DNA of 47,574 nucleotides from Escherichia phage RobRod40. Numbering within the stretch: the first letter of the stretch is position 1; every line of letters starts with the position of its first letter. Positions 28,466-37,067 of this stretch are shown here, in pieces. The translations under genes and the position numbers were made by a program. The notes beneath the pieces are model-generated. The model was given only the letters and a program-made list of their open reading frames with translations. It was not told the DNA's origin and ran no database searches. The stretch lies in the sequence record OR896835.1; one strand, written 5' to 3'.

Positions 28466-28483
28466 ATAGCACGAATTGCTAAA
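28466..28483 (+). promoter_or_regulatory. motif copy ATAGCAC-gaa-TTGCTAAA without canonical downstream hexamer
   Basis: Lies in leader/upstream region of minus-strand tailspike gene; an extended -10 TGcTACAAT is present on the minus strand at 28488-28496. Confidence 0.4.
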
Positions 28484-28507
28484 GTGGATTGTAGCATCTT
28501 TCGGGTA

Positions 28508-28530
28508 TAAAAAAACCTCCCGAAGGAGGT
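28508..28530 (-). terminator. rho-independent terminator (minus strand, after primase-like gene)
   Basis: CCTCC-cgaa-GGAGG hairpin with A-run on + strand (T-run on minus). Confidence 0.7.
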
Positions 28531-29453
28531 TAGTCTAGTAATTCACTTGCCTTGTATATTCGCTTTCTTATGCCTGACTTGAAAAAATTATCATCATTTG
28601 GTATTACAACATCAAGATTACGATCGTCAGCAACGGCAAGTAAATCAAAAGCGTGGCGAGTACAAGCGATGCGTAACTTGTAGTTTCTAAGCGCGTAAGC
28701 AACCATTTCCATGTTGTAGCAGGAGTGGCAAACAAGTACGCAGCGGTTGCCAGTAGCAAGATGAGCGCGAATACCATCAATCCAATTATCGACCAGATAA
28801 GCGTACTCATCATCCTTAAATGAACCAATAACAGAAACAGATTGGCGAGTATAATCTTTTGCAGCATAACTAACATTCCCCTCTTCATTGATAAACATTA
28901 CATTGCACATTTCTTCTGATATACCGTCACTATAAGCCATAAAGCACGGTACTGCGTGGATTAGTTCTCCTGACTTTGCCCTGCCAACATCAAAACCGAA
29001 CTCACTATAAATACCCTCGTATGTACTGAGCGGCGTTGATTCTACTCTTTCCGTCCTTTCCATTATCTCTAAGCATCTTTCGTGGTCAATCTGAGCGCCC
29101 ATTTTGTAGATCTGAGTTCTTGATGCTTGCTTGTTTGCTTTAACTATAACCTCAATTGGTGTTAAGTTCAGCCAGTCACCAAGCAAATTTACTGAATCGG
29201 CGAAGGACGATCCAGTGCACTTCATGACCCATCCTATACCGGAGTCACTTCCGCATTTCGAACAAACTGCCGCGCCATTTCCTTTTTCACTGCCTATTTC
29301 GTCGGTAAATCTGAATCTGTCAGTGCCAAAGCAGTATGGGCATGGTCCGTGCTTCTTACTTAGGTGCCTATCATTCCAACCAAGCTCCTTTGCATAAAAT
29401 GATTTCCACAATCCGGCCATCTTAGGTATAACTTCATTCTTATCGTAACTCAT
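28530..29453 (-). CDS. putative DNA primase (zinc-finger containing)
   Basis: CPYCFG...CSKCG zinc-binding motif near N-terminus; position in replication block. Confidence 0.5.
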   Translation of the reverse strand: MSYDKNEVIPKMAGLWKSFYAKELGWNDRHLSKKHGPCPYCFGTDRFRFTDEIGSEKGNGAAVCSKCGSDSGIGWVMKCTGSSFADSVNLLGDWLNLTPIEVIVKANKQASRTQIYKMGAQIDHERCLEIMERTERVESTPLSTYEGIYSEFGFDVGRAKSGELIHAVPCFMAYSDGISEEMCNVMFINEEGNVSYAAKDYTRQSVSVIGSFKDDEYAYLVDNWIDGIRAHLATGNRCVLVCHSCYNMEMVAYALRNYKLRIACTRHAFDLLAVADDRNLDVVIPNDDNFFKSGIRKRIYKASELLD

Positions 29454-29929
29454 TTGCTTAACCCGTGATTTTCGTGAAAGTTGTATTTTCTCTCTGCTTC
29501 AATTCTTACTTTATACGCCTGCTCTGGAGTATCGAAGTTCCCAAGGTGTAGCTGCTTACCGTCAACCTTGATGTGAGCCTTAAATTTTCCGTGATTTAGC
29601 TTTGCCACTCCACAATAACCAGTTGTTGATAAAACGCTAAGCTTGCAATTTCTTGAGTTACCTTGATTTGTTGTTACTCTTAGGTTTTCTATTCTGTTAT
29701 CTAATTTGTTATGGTTTATATGATCAATGTAGTCGCCATTTTGAAGTTCTCCATTAAACATCTCCCACACAACTCTATGTACATAAGTCCTAAAGCCATT
29801 AATAGACACTTTGTAATAGCCAGATGTAGATAGTGAGTTGCACTCATCGCCAACCTTAACACGTCTTGCAGTGCTAATCTTCCAATGCAATTTGCCATCT
29901 ACATAGTAAAAATAATCATGCCAGTTCAT
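29450..29929 (-). CDS. HNH homing endonuclease (paralog 3)
   Basis: MNWHDYFYYVDGKL, HRVVWEMFNG, IDHINHNKLDNRIENLR motifs; GGAGAG RBS. Confidence 0.85.
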   Translation of the reverse strand: MNWHDYFYYVDGKLHWKISTARRVKVGDECNSLSTSGYYKVSINGFRTYVHRVVWEMFNGELQNGDYIDHINHNKLDNRIENLRVTTNQGNSRNCKLSVLSTTGYCGVAKLNHGKFKAHIKVDGKQLHLGNFDTPEQAYKVRIEAERKYNFHENHGLSK

Positions 29930-29960
29930 TTTCTTCTCTCCAATAAAAAAGGATGTACCG

Positions 29961-30004
29961 ATTATGGCACATCCAATTACTTACTCTTTAGCTTTTCGTG
30001 CTGC
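29961..30004 (-). promoter_or_regulatory. conserved promoter-like module, variant (CAGCAC-gaa-AAGCTAAA, 22 bp, CATAAT) on minus strand
   Basis: Overlaps 3' end of regulator gene; palindrome GGATGTgccataatcgGTACATCC spans -10; precedes HNH paralog 3. Confidence 0.5.
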
Positions 30005-30454
30005 TTCGTTAGCGGCCTTAATCTTTCGCCATGATCGACACTCTGGCTTGGTGGCTAGTTCAGCTTCAGTAACCACACGCAGCATGTGACGCTTTTTGCA
30101 CCGAAGTGTCAGCGGTTTTCCGTTACCATCGAATTGCAGGTCTGGTCGGCAGAATGTTGCGCGAAAGCCTTCTCCATTTCGCTTGTAGTAGTTGTGCGAT
30201 AGCTGGGCACCACGCGCAGAAATCATACCGCGCTTAAACCATTCTTCTACAGCCTGCGGTGTTACCTTTAGCTGCTTTGCGATATTCGCCTTTGTGCCGA
30301 AGAAATCAAGAACTATCTCTAGTCGAGCACGTAATCCAGCCCTTACCTCATCTTTCAAAACGTAGTAGCCTGAAGGTCGTTTGCGTTGCTTCTTATCTTG
30401 TGTGCGGACCGTTCCGTTATTACCGTTAGTCGTTCGCTTGTCAACTGAATTCAT
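29981..30454 (-). CDS. putative HTH DNA-binding regulator
   Basis: Candidate helix-turn-helix TKANIAKQLKVTPQAVEEWFKRG; basic N- and C-termini; GAGGTG RBS; divergent from helicase operon. Confidence 0.5.
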   Translation of the reverse strand: MNSVDKRTTNGNNGTVRTQDKKQRKRPSGYYVLKDEVRAGLRARLEIVLDFFGTKANIAKQLKVTPQAVEEWFKRGMISARGAQLSHNYYKRNGEGFRATFCRPDLQFDGNGKPLTLRCKKRHMLRVVTEAELATKPECRSWRKIKAANEAARKAKE

Positions 30455-30466
30455 TTAATCACCTCA

Positions 30467-30510
30467 ATAGCATTTTTTGTTAAAAGTCATTCTGATTTGA
30501 TGTTAGTATT
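30467..30510 (+). promoter_or_regulatory. promoter-like module variant (ATAGCAT-ttt-TTGTTAAA) in divergent region
   Basis: Between minus-strand regulator and + strand helicase; -10-like TAGTAT offset by 1 bp from canonical 22-bp spacing. Confidence 0.4.
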
Positions 30511-30555
30511 GTACTCAATTAAACGCTACAAGACAATTTTTATAGGAATTTAGAT

Positions 30556-32550
30556 ATGTTGCCTATCGAGAAGCTGGTTGCCAACTTTGATAAAGAAAGA
30601 ATTAAACAGATTCAGAAAGATTACCAGTTTGGCGAGATAACCCCTTACGAGTTCCAGTGCGTTACATTTGATGCAATTGGAAAGGCTATTGGCAAGTATG
30701 AGGCACCATTTATCGCAGACCTTTCCGTATCGGCTGGTAAGACAATCATTCTCGCCATGATTGGAAAGCGCATGGAGCAATTAGGATTGCCTTATATGGT
30801 TCTTTCTCGCCAGTCAGAGATAATAAGCCAGAACTCAGAAGAACTTCGAAACTTCGGAATCCGCAACAGCGTCTATTGCGCTGGCCTTAACGTTAAATCA
30901 GTTTATTACCCAACCATAGTTGCCAGTGAGGGCACGGCAGCTAACGGCTTGTTTAAGGGGCTTGGTGACTATGTCCCTGCCGTTATCGCTATCGATGAAT
31001 GTCACATGCTTGATGCTATGGATATCGTGGAAGCCGAAGAGAATGAAGAAACATTTGAGCAAATGAGCACAAAAAAAGGAGAGGTGGTCTTTAAAGATGG
31101 CGTTAATACCGGACTTCTTGGCACGGGCCGCGCACAGTACACGCTGATAATTACCGAGATGAAACGCCGTTGTCGTGAGAAGTATGGTCGTGAGCTTCGT
31201 ATATTCGGCCTTACTGGTAGCCCTTATCGAAACAATGACCATATTGTCGTTAGCAATCCAAACATCCGTGGATTCTGGCGCAAAACAGTTATTCAGGTGC
31301 CAACAAATTACCTTGTTGATTTGGGGTTCGTGGTACCAACAGTTTACGGCGAGGTTGGTGATTTAGGTTATGACCTTAGTGAATTTGCGCCAGACGGTAG
31401 CGATGGTGTGAAAGACTTCAGTAAGAAAGAAATGGATGCGATGCAGGAAAAGATTCATCAAAACCAGTCCATGACGCAAAAGATTATGCAGTTCGCAGCA
31501 AAGTTTATGGAGTCTCGCAACGCTGCACTTGTGACATGCTCTGGAAAGCGCCACTGCGAGGAAGCGGCGGCAGCGCTTCCTGAGGGTGCAACCTGGGCTA
31601 TAGTAACTGACTCAACTGGTGAGAAAAAGCGTCGTGAGATTCTTTCTGACGCAGCTGAGGGTAAGTATAAATTCATATTTCAGATTGGCTGCCTAACAAC
31701 CGGAGTTAACGTCCCGCCGTGGGATACGTCAATAATTCTTCGCAAGGTTGGTAGCATCACGTTACTGATTCAGCTTTTGGGGCGAGGAATGCGAATCCTT
31801 AAGAAGAAGCATAAGGAAATGGGAATGGTTAAGGATGATCACGTGGTGCTGGACTTCGCTGGTACTCTTGATGACATGGCGGAATTGTACTTTGACCCAA
31901 TCATAGAGGAAGTGCAGGACCAGAAATTTAAGTCTTCACGCAAAGGCGGCGATGAGCCAAGAATATGTCCAGCCTGTAGTTACGAGAACTCTCCTTTTGC
32001 TCGTCGTTGCAATAACGTAATTGATGGGAAGCGTTGTGAGCATTTTTTTACATTTCGCTTATGTGAAGATATAGAGGACCCGCAGACAAAAGTTACTATT
32101 AAGAAAGGTTGTGGTGAGAAGAATGATATTGCCGCTAAAAACTGCCGGTGCTGCGGAGAAATGCTTATTGACCCTAACGCAAAGTTGTCTGGAAAGATGT
32201 ATAGACAAGGGGATTGGTTGAGAGTTTACGGATTCAGTATTGGGTTAACTAAAAACCAAACCGGAATCGTTGCTCGCTATGAAATCATGGCTCACAGCGG
32301 AGACAGGTTTGTTGCTTACGAAACTTTCTTTCCAGAGAGTGACCATCGAGTTTGCTCTGTGAAGTGGAAGGCGTTTTGCCAAACTCATATCGCTAACAAA
32401 ACAGAAGCATTTCGCATCGGAAGACTTCGAAACGCTAAGATGATTATGACCAATGCAAGCCAATTCCGCGAGCCTATGCGAGTGACGCACAGAAAAAACC
32501 AGAAAGGTCAGGATATTATCGCAAATAAATCTTTTACTATGGAGGATTGA
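30556..32550 (+). CDS. putative SF2 DNA helicase (DExH-type)
   Basis: Walker A-like SVSAGKT and Walker B DECH; C-terminal Cys clusters suggesting zinc ribbons. Confidence 0.65.
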   Translation: MLPIEKLVANFDKERIKQIQKDYQFGEITPYEFQCVTFDAIGKAIGKYEAPFIADLSVSAGKTIILAMIGKRMEQLGLPYMVLSRQSEIISQNSEELRNFGIRNSVYCAGLNVKSVYYPTIVASEGTAANGLFKGLGDYVPAVIAIDECHMLDAMDIVEAEENEETFEQMSTKKGEVVFKDGVNTGLLGTGRAQYTLIITEMKRRCREKYGRELRIFGLTGSPYRNNDHIVVSNPNIRGFWRKTVIQVPTNYLVDLGFVVPTVYGEVGDLGYDLSEFAPDGSDGVKDFSKKEMDAMQEKIHQNQSMTQKIMQFAAKFMESRNAALVTCSGKRHCEEAAAALPEGATWAIVTDSTGEKKRREILSDAAEGKYKFIFQIGCLTTGVNVPPWDTSIILRKVGSITLLIQLLGRGMRILKKKHKEMGMVKDDHVVLDFAGTLDDMAELYFDPIIEEVQDQKFKSSRKGGDEPRICPACSYENSPFARRCNNVIDGKRCEHFFTFRLCEDIEDPQTKVTIKKGCGEKNDIAAKNCRCCGEMLIDPNAKLSGKMYRQGDWLRVYGFSIGLTKNQTGIVARYEIMAHSGDRFVAYETFFPESDHRVCSVKWKAFCQTHIANKTEAFRIGRLRNAKMIMTNASQFREPMRVTHRKNQKGQDIIANKSFTMED

Positions 32551-32551
32551 T

Positions 32552-32971
32552 ATGAAAATTACAGATAAGGTTGATTACATTGAGTTTTACCCAGGTCCTG
32601 TTAAGTCATGCCCTAAAGAGGATGACGAACAAATCTTTTGCTCTGATTGGGTTAAGTATAACTACCCAGAGATGGTATTTTTCCACTGCGTGAATGAGGG
32701 TAAGAAAACCATTGGACAAGCAAGAAAGGACCAGGCTAAAGGATTGCTTAAAGGGGTTTCGGACTGCTTATTCCTGATACCTGAATCTCTACGAGGCAAA
32801 TACCCTTTTGGAGCCATAGAGCTAAAGAGGGCCGGGAAGACCCAAGCTAGCCCAGTCAGTGGCGAGCAGAAGTCCTTCCTTAAAAGCGTGAGAGAGTCAG
32901 GTGGTTTTGCCGCAGTGGCCTACGGTCGTGAAGGTTTTCTGGCAGCATTCAAAGAAATGATTTCAAAATAG
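32552..32971 (+). CDS. VRR-NUC domain nuclease
   Basis: FHCVNEG, GVSDCLFL, GAIELKRAGK and Q..FL...G pattern matching the VRR-NUC PD-(D/E)XK layout. Confidence 0.7.
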   Translation: MKITDKVDYIEFYPGPVKSCPKEDDEQIFCSDWVKYNYPEMVFFHCVNEGKKTIGQARKDQAKGLLKGVSDCLFLIPESLRGKYPFGAIELKRAGKTQASPVSGEQKSFLKSVRESGGFAAVAYGREGFLAAFKEMISK

Positions 32972-33011
32972 CACGAATTGCTAAATACGAATCGGTGAGG
33001 TGGTGTATTAT
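32968..33011 (+). promoter_or_regulatory. conserved promoter-like module (ATAGCAC-gaa-TTGCTAAA, 22 bp, TATTAT)
   Basis: Palindrome GAGGTGgtgtattatCACCTC spans -10; leader CATCGAAACGAAAC. Confidence 0.6.
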
Positions 33012-33047
33012 CACCTCATCGAAACGAAACACAGAGAGAGAAACAAA

Positions 33048-33251
33048 ATGGCTACTATCTACACCACTAAGAAATACATTTCACGTAAAACTGGTTACGA
33101 GTATAACCTTGTTCTTGATGACTCGCTCGGCATGCTTCTCGCTGACGCTGAAGATGCTGAATACTGCTTTGAAGTTAGCCCGACTTACAAAGATGATTTA
33201 GAAACTGTTAAAAACGAATTTGGCGAAAAATTTGATGAGGTATCAGAATAA
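33048..33251 (+). CDS. hypothetical protein
   Basis: ATG 33048 after RBS AGAGAGAG and promoter-like module; track ORF 33000 start lacks RBS. Confidence 0.5.
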   Translation: MATIYTTKKYISRKTGYEYNLVLDDSLGMLLADAEDAEYCFEVSPTYKDDLETVKNEFGEKFDEVSE

Positions 33252-33472
33252 TGGCAGTTTTTACATTTGAGCACCAATGGGAAGTATTTAAGTTAATGGC
33301 AGTTGAGGAGTTAAATAAAGCTGGGTATAACAAAAACCCGTGGGACTTAGCATTTTGCCTGGACATGAGTTTTGAGCAGGATTACCTGAACACAGATATC
33401 GAAACATGGCGCGACCGTATGGTTGCTGATATCGAAGAAATGAAGAAAGATTGCCCTGAGGATTTCTTATGA
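33251..33472 (+). CDS. hypothetical protein
   Basis: 73-aa ORF, TAATG stop/start overlap. Confidence 0.5.
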   Translation: MAVFTFEHQWEVFKLMAVEELNKAGYNKNPWDLAFCLDMSFEQDYLNTDIETWRDRMVADIEEMKKDCPEDFL

Positions 33473-33666
33473 TCAACGAAAGGCCTTTTGTTGTTACATT
33501 TAAGCCAAGAAACAAACCCAGAATGGATATTGACGAATACTTACTAAAAAACGGAAATAGCTATTTTGTTCTTGAGATTTCGGCCGACTCGGATAGGTAC
33601 ATTGTTCGCAACGATGCTGGCATGGTTGTTAGCGTTTCAAAATTGGATGTGGAGATTGTGAGATGA
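33469..33666 (+). CDS. hypothetical protein
   Basis: 65-aa ORF, ATGA overlap with upstream gene. Confidence 0.5.
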   Translation: MINERPFVVTFKPRNKPRMDIDEYLLKNGNSYFVLEISADSDRYIVRNDAGMVVSVSKLDVEIVR

Positions 33667-33863
33667 TTACAGCAACCTGTGTAAAAACAAATGGCTCATT
33701 CACGCTGTTCAATGAGTACGAATTCAAACTTGATCCGATTAATGACCAGGTTGAAATAGTTAGCGATGACGGATTTGCATGGAAGTTACATAATGAATTT
33801 GATGGGTACTACGGGTGTAATGATGCGAAAGGCAAACATGTTAGCTTTCTGGTTTATGAATAG
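33663..33863 (+). CDS. hypothetical protein
   Basis: 66-aa ORF, ATGA overlap; stop followed by promoter-like module. Confidence 0.5.
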   Translation: MITATCVKTNGSFTLFNEYEFKLDPINDQVEIVSDDGFAWKLHNEFDGYYGCNDAKGKHVSFLVYE

Positions 33864-33907
33864 ATAGCACTTTTTGTTAAAACTAAAATCCACGGATGGA
33901 TTATATT
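33864..33907 (+). promoter_or_regulatory. conserved promoter-like module (ATAGCAC-ttt-TTGTTAAA, 22 bp, TATATT)
   Basis: Spacer palindrome ATCCAcggATGGAT; leader CATCAACAACG. Confidence 0.6.
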
Positions 33908-33937
33908 AAACACATCAACAACGCAGAGGGTTAAAAA

Positions 33938-34135
33938 ATGAAGGCAATTGTCGTTTACAACGCGAAAGGTCGCAATTACTTTACTGTTGGGAATATTTAC
34001 GATGTTTCACCAGCTTACCCTAAAGATGAAGAACAGTTATTATTTGATGTTACTGACGATGAAGGCGATCGTGTCTCAATAATAATTAGCGAATCTGCTG
34101 ATTGCGCTCATGGTTTCGTTTGGGAGCTTTTATAA
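33938..34135 (+). CDS. hypothetical protein
   Basis: 65-aa ORF, RBS AGAGGG. Confidence 0.5.
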   Translation: MKAIVVYNAKGRNYFTVGNIYDVSPAYPKDEEQLLFDVTDDEGDRVSIIISESADCAHGFVWELL

Positions 34136-34260
34136 TGAAAATTGTAGACAAAGAGATTTTTGAAATTGCACAGGCTTACGCAAAACAGGCTGTTAGGGAT
34201 AGTGACAATTATTGCTGGATGTGCGCTAAAGAATACCTGAAAATGGCTTACGGCTTATGA
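34135..34260 (+). CDS. small hypothetical protein (41 aa, CWMC motif)
   Basis: Below track cutoff; TAATG overlap upstream and ATGA overlap downstream suggest translational coupling. Confidence 0.35.
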   Translation: MKIVDKEIFEIAQAYAKQAVRDSDNYCWMCAKEYLKMAYGL

Positions 34261-34505
34261 TAGTTGAAACCGGACGCGCCGCAGTATGGGCGCATTGTGG
34301 AGAGGCGGGATTGCAGGAAGATATTAAGCAGATTTCTCGCTTCTTTGATATAAAAGATATCAGCGTTGTGTTCAATGGTAAGTTCTCTTACATGGGTGAG
34401 AGACCAAGAAAATACGTAAGAGTTAAGCCTGGTGTCAGTATTGATGTTAACGAGTTCCTTAAATCTGAGGGATTCAAGTTTAAGATAACGAAGCCTAAGG
34501 ATTGA
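34257..34505 (+). CDS. hypothetical protein
   Basis: 82-aa ORF in tightly packed early operon. Confidence 0.5.
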   Translation: MIVETGRAAVWAHCGEAGLQEDIKQISRFFDIKDISVVFNGKFSYMGERPRKYVRVKPGVSIDVNEFLKSEGFKFKITKPKD

Positions 34506-34507
34506 GC

Positions 34508-34759
34508 ATGTTGGGTTTAGATTTTCAGCAAGAGCATTACGATTTAGTACATGGACAAAGTGGAGCTAAGTTTAGAGCGATACCTATTGCTGACTGGCTC
34601 CCTCCTGACTATGTGGATGTGAACGCAAAAACTAAAGACGGGAAGTGGGTGCAGATTTACTATTCCCCAGCGTGTGGAAACCTTTGCATGACTGACCTTG
34701 AGAGAAAATTAGCAATTAGTGCGGAAGTGATCGACTACTGGTTGAAAGAAGTTGAATGA
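34508..34759 (+). CDS. hypothetical protein
   Basis: ATG 34508 after AAGGA (track start 34502 is TTG). Confidence 0.5.
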   Translation: MLGLDFQQEHYDLVHGQSGAKFRAIPIADWLPPDYVDVNAKTKDGKWVQIYYSPACGNLCMTDLERKLAISAEVIDYWLKEVE

Positions 34760-34842
34760 CGAGCCTAATACTAGTAGCATCGTTACCACTGTTCAGCTTT
34801 ACTATCTTATATTTTATCGCAATGAATTAAGGAACTTATATA

Positions 34843-35973
34843 ATGGCAACTGCAAAAATCACCAACGAACAATTGCGCGAAGAGCTTGCAAATGGGATGA
34901 CCAACAAAGCAATCGCAGAGAAGTATGGAATGAACATTCGCAACGTTGAATTACGTCGTAGTAAATTGGCTAAGAGTGGAGAATTGCACGGAAACCCTGG
35001 CATCAAGAAGTTAGTTCCAGATGGGTATATGGTTAAGGGAACTTCAACAATGATTGATGCGGATGGTAACGAAAAGATTCGCTGGGTCAAAACTTCTATA
35101 GATAATGAGCGCCTTGAGATTTTGATGGATCAGGCTCGTGAGGCATTCTGTTCTGATTTACCAAAAGCAGATGCGGTAATCCACTCAGGCAATGAGATTA
35201 ACTCTGAATTAATGACTCTTTACCCGATTTTCGATATCCATATTGGTATGATGGCTCATCGTCATGAATCTGGTGAGAATTATGACACGAACGCGGCAGA
35301 GAAATTAATGGGATCATATTTTGACCATGCAATTTCTGTATCACCTGCGTCAGAGAAAGCCGTGGTTTTAGTTGGTGGTGACTTCCTTCACTCTGACGGA
35401 TTGGAGGCTGTAACCCCAGCGAGCGGGCACTGCCTTGATCAGGATAGTCGGTATGCTAAGTTAGTTTATGTTGCGATTCGCTCAATTCGTGGTGCAGTAG
35501 AGAAGATGCTTAAGAAGCATAAGAATGTAGAGATTCAGATTATAGAGGGAAATCATGACCAAAGTGGTATGATTTGGCTTCGCGCGGCAATGGCTGCATT
35601 TTATGAAAATGAGAGTCGGGTGTTTGTTGATACCAGTCCGGCAATCATGCACAAAACACGATTTGGCTCAACACTACTTGGTTACACGCACGGTCACACG
35701 ATGAAGAAGGCTGAGGGTCGACTCGCAGCAATGGCGACAGACTACCGCAAAGACTTTGGTGAATGTGAGTTTGTTTACTGCCATTCCGGGCATTTTCACC
35801 ACGCAACTGTCACGGAGTGCACGCTTGGCATTGATGAAGTTCACCCAGCGCTGGCTAGTAAGGATGCGTATGCGGCCCGTGGAGGTTGGCGCTCATATCG
35901 TCAAGCGGCTGCAATAATCTATCACAAGGAGTTTGGCGAGGTTGGTCGCCACATTTATCGCCCAGGTATGTAA
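34843..35973 (+). CDS. HTH domain + metallophosphoesterase fusion protein
   Basis: N-terminal HTH-like MTNKAIAEKYGMNIRNVELRRSKL; calcineurin-like motifs GDFLHSD, GNHD, GHTHGH. Confidence 0.6.
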   Translation: MATAKITNEQLREELANGMTNKAIAEKYGMNIRNVELRRSKLAKSGELHGNPGIKKLVPDGYMVKGTSTMIDADGNEKIRWVKTSIDNERLEILMDQAREAFCSDLPKADAVIHSGNEINSELMTLYPIFDIHIGMMAHRHESGENYDTNAAEKLMGSYFDHAISVSPASEKAVVLVGGDFLHSDGLEAVTPASGHCLDQDSRYAKLVYVAIRSIRGAVEKMLKKHKNVEIQIIEGNHDQSGMIWLRAAMAAFYENESRVFVDTSPAIMHKTRFGSTLLGYTHGHTMKKAEGRLAAMATDYRKDFGECEFVYCHSGHFHHATVTECTLGIDEVHPALASKDAYAARGGWRSYRQAAAIIYHKEFGEVGRHIYRPGM

Positions 35974-36017
35974 ATAGCACTTTTTGCCTAACCCATGCCG
36001 TAGAAATGCGGCATAAT
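35974..36017 (+). promoter_or_regulatory. conserved promoter-like module (ATAGCAC-ttt-TTGCCTAA, 22 bp, CATAAT)
   Basis: Spacer palindrome TGCCGtagaaatGCGGCA; leader CATCGAAACGAG. Confidence 0.6.
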
Positions 36018-36058
36018 CACCACATCGAAACGAGATAAACTAAACGAGGAAACACAAA

Positions 36059-36235
36059 ATGACTAAAATGATTTATTGCACCAAGAACAATTCAAAGACG
36101 CTGCCATTTACAGTTAACCAGCCGTACAACGCAGAGTACCAGGGCGACGGATATTACAAAATTTATGGCGACGATATGACGCACATCTTAGCGCCGATTG
36201 ATGGTTCGTTAGTTGAATTTATTATCGCCGAGTAG
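36059..36235 (+). CDS. small hypothetical protein (58 aa)
   Basis: Below track cutoff; preceded by promoter-like module and RBS AACGAGGA; followed by strong terminator. Confidence 0.4.
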   Translation: MTKMIYCTKNNSKTLPFTVNQPYNAEYQGDGYYKIYGDDMTHILAPIDGSLVEFIIAE

Positions 36236-36261
36236 AGTAACAAAAACATAGCTTTACAACC

Positions 36262-36288
36262 GGGGGGCCTTTTGGCTCCCCTTTTTTA
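36262..36288 (+). terminator. rho-independent terminator upstream of lysis cassette
   Basis: 8-bp stem GGGGGGCC/GGCTCCCC with tttt loop then TTTTTT. Confidence 0.75.
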
Positions 36289-36365
36289 TGCTTCTTTTCC
36301 AAGCAGGGCTAATGTATCATTCTTTTACTAACTTAAACATTGACAAATAGATAAAGGTGGGTCAC

Positions 36366-36581
36366 ATGAGGGAAGTAATCAACGCCGCTACGGCGTCAAC
36401 TGGCGGCGCTGCGGTAACTGGCGCGGCAACTGGTCAAATGACTATAGCAATAATCAGCCTTATCGCTCTAATCATTTTTGGAGCTTGGGGTGCTTACTGG
36501 AAGTATAAGGATAGCCAGGCAATTCGACGAGCGCTTGAATCAGGGGATTTAAAGACGGCAATCAAGATAAGGAGCAAGTAA
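36366..36581 (+). CDS. putative holin (pinholin-like)
   Basis: 71 aa with hydrophobic TMD MTIAIISLIALIIFGAWGAYW and charged C-terminus; immediately upstream of endolysin; RBS AGGTGG. Confidence 0.55.
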   Translation: MREVINAATASTGGAAVTGAATGQMTIAIISLIALIIFGAWGAYWKYKDSQAIRRALESGDLKTAIKIRSK

Positions 36582-37067
36582 ATGAAGCAGAAGCTAGTGG
36601 TTGGTGCTGCGACCGCTGCGGCAATATACATCGCAGCGCCGCTTATTGAGCTTGTTGAAGGCGTAGAGAATAAGCCATACATGGATATTGCTGGAATCCC
36701 TACAGTTTGCGCCGGCGTTACTGGCCCTGACGTGGTTTGGGGCAAGAATTACAGCAATAGAGAGTGCCGAAAACTTCTAGAGAAGCACATTCAGATTCAT
36801 GGCAAGTATGTTGAGGATGCAGTTACCTACCCAATAGAACCAGAGACAAGGGCGGCGTTAATCAGCTTTAGCTACAATGTTGGCGGCTCAGCGATGAGGA
36901 AATCTACTGCTGTTAAGTTAATTAACCAGGGTAAGATTGAGCAAGGCTGTAAGGCTTTGGGTCTCTGGAATAAAGCTACCATTAACGGCAAGAAGGTTGT
37001 GGTTAAGGGGTTGGTGAATCGCAGGAATGAGGAGATTAAGTTATGCTTAAGTGGATTGCAGCGTTAG
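36582..37067 (+). CDS. SAR-endolysin (GH24 lysozyme with N-terminal signal-anchor-release domain)
   Basis: Weakly hydrophobic Gly/Ala-rich N-terminal helix VVGAATAAAIYIAAPLI followed by catalytic E-x8-D-x5-T triad (EGVENKPYMDIAGIPT). Confidence 0.8.
   Translation: MKQKLVVGAATAAAIYIAAPLIELVEGVENKPYMDIAGIPTVCAGVTGPDVVWGKNYSNRECRKLLEKHIQIHGKYVEDAVTYPIEPETRAALISFSYNVGGSAMRKSTAVKLINQGKIEQGCKALGLWNKATINGKKVVVKGLVNRRNEEIKLCLSGLQR

Noticed and set aside
34752-34949. 65-aa track ORF overlapping the start of the HTH-phosphoesterase gene
   Set aside because: Overlaps the promoter/RBS and 5' end of the 34843 gene in another frame; no RBS; likely spurious.
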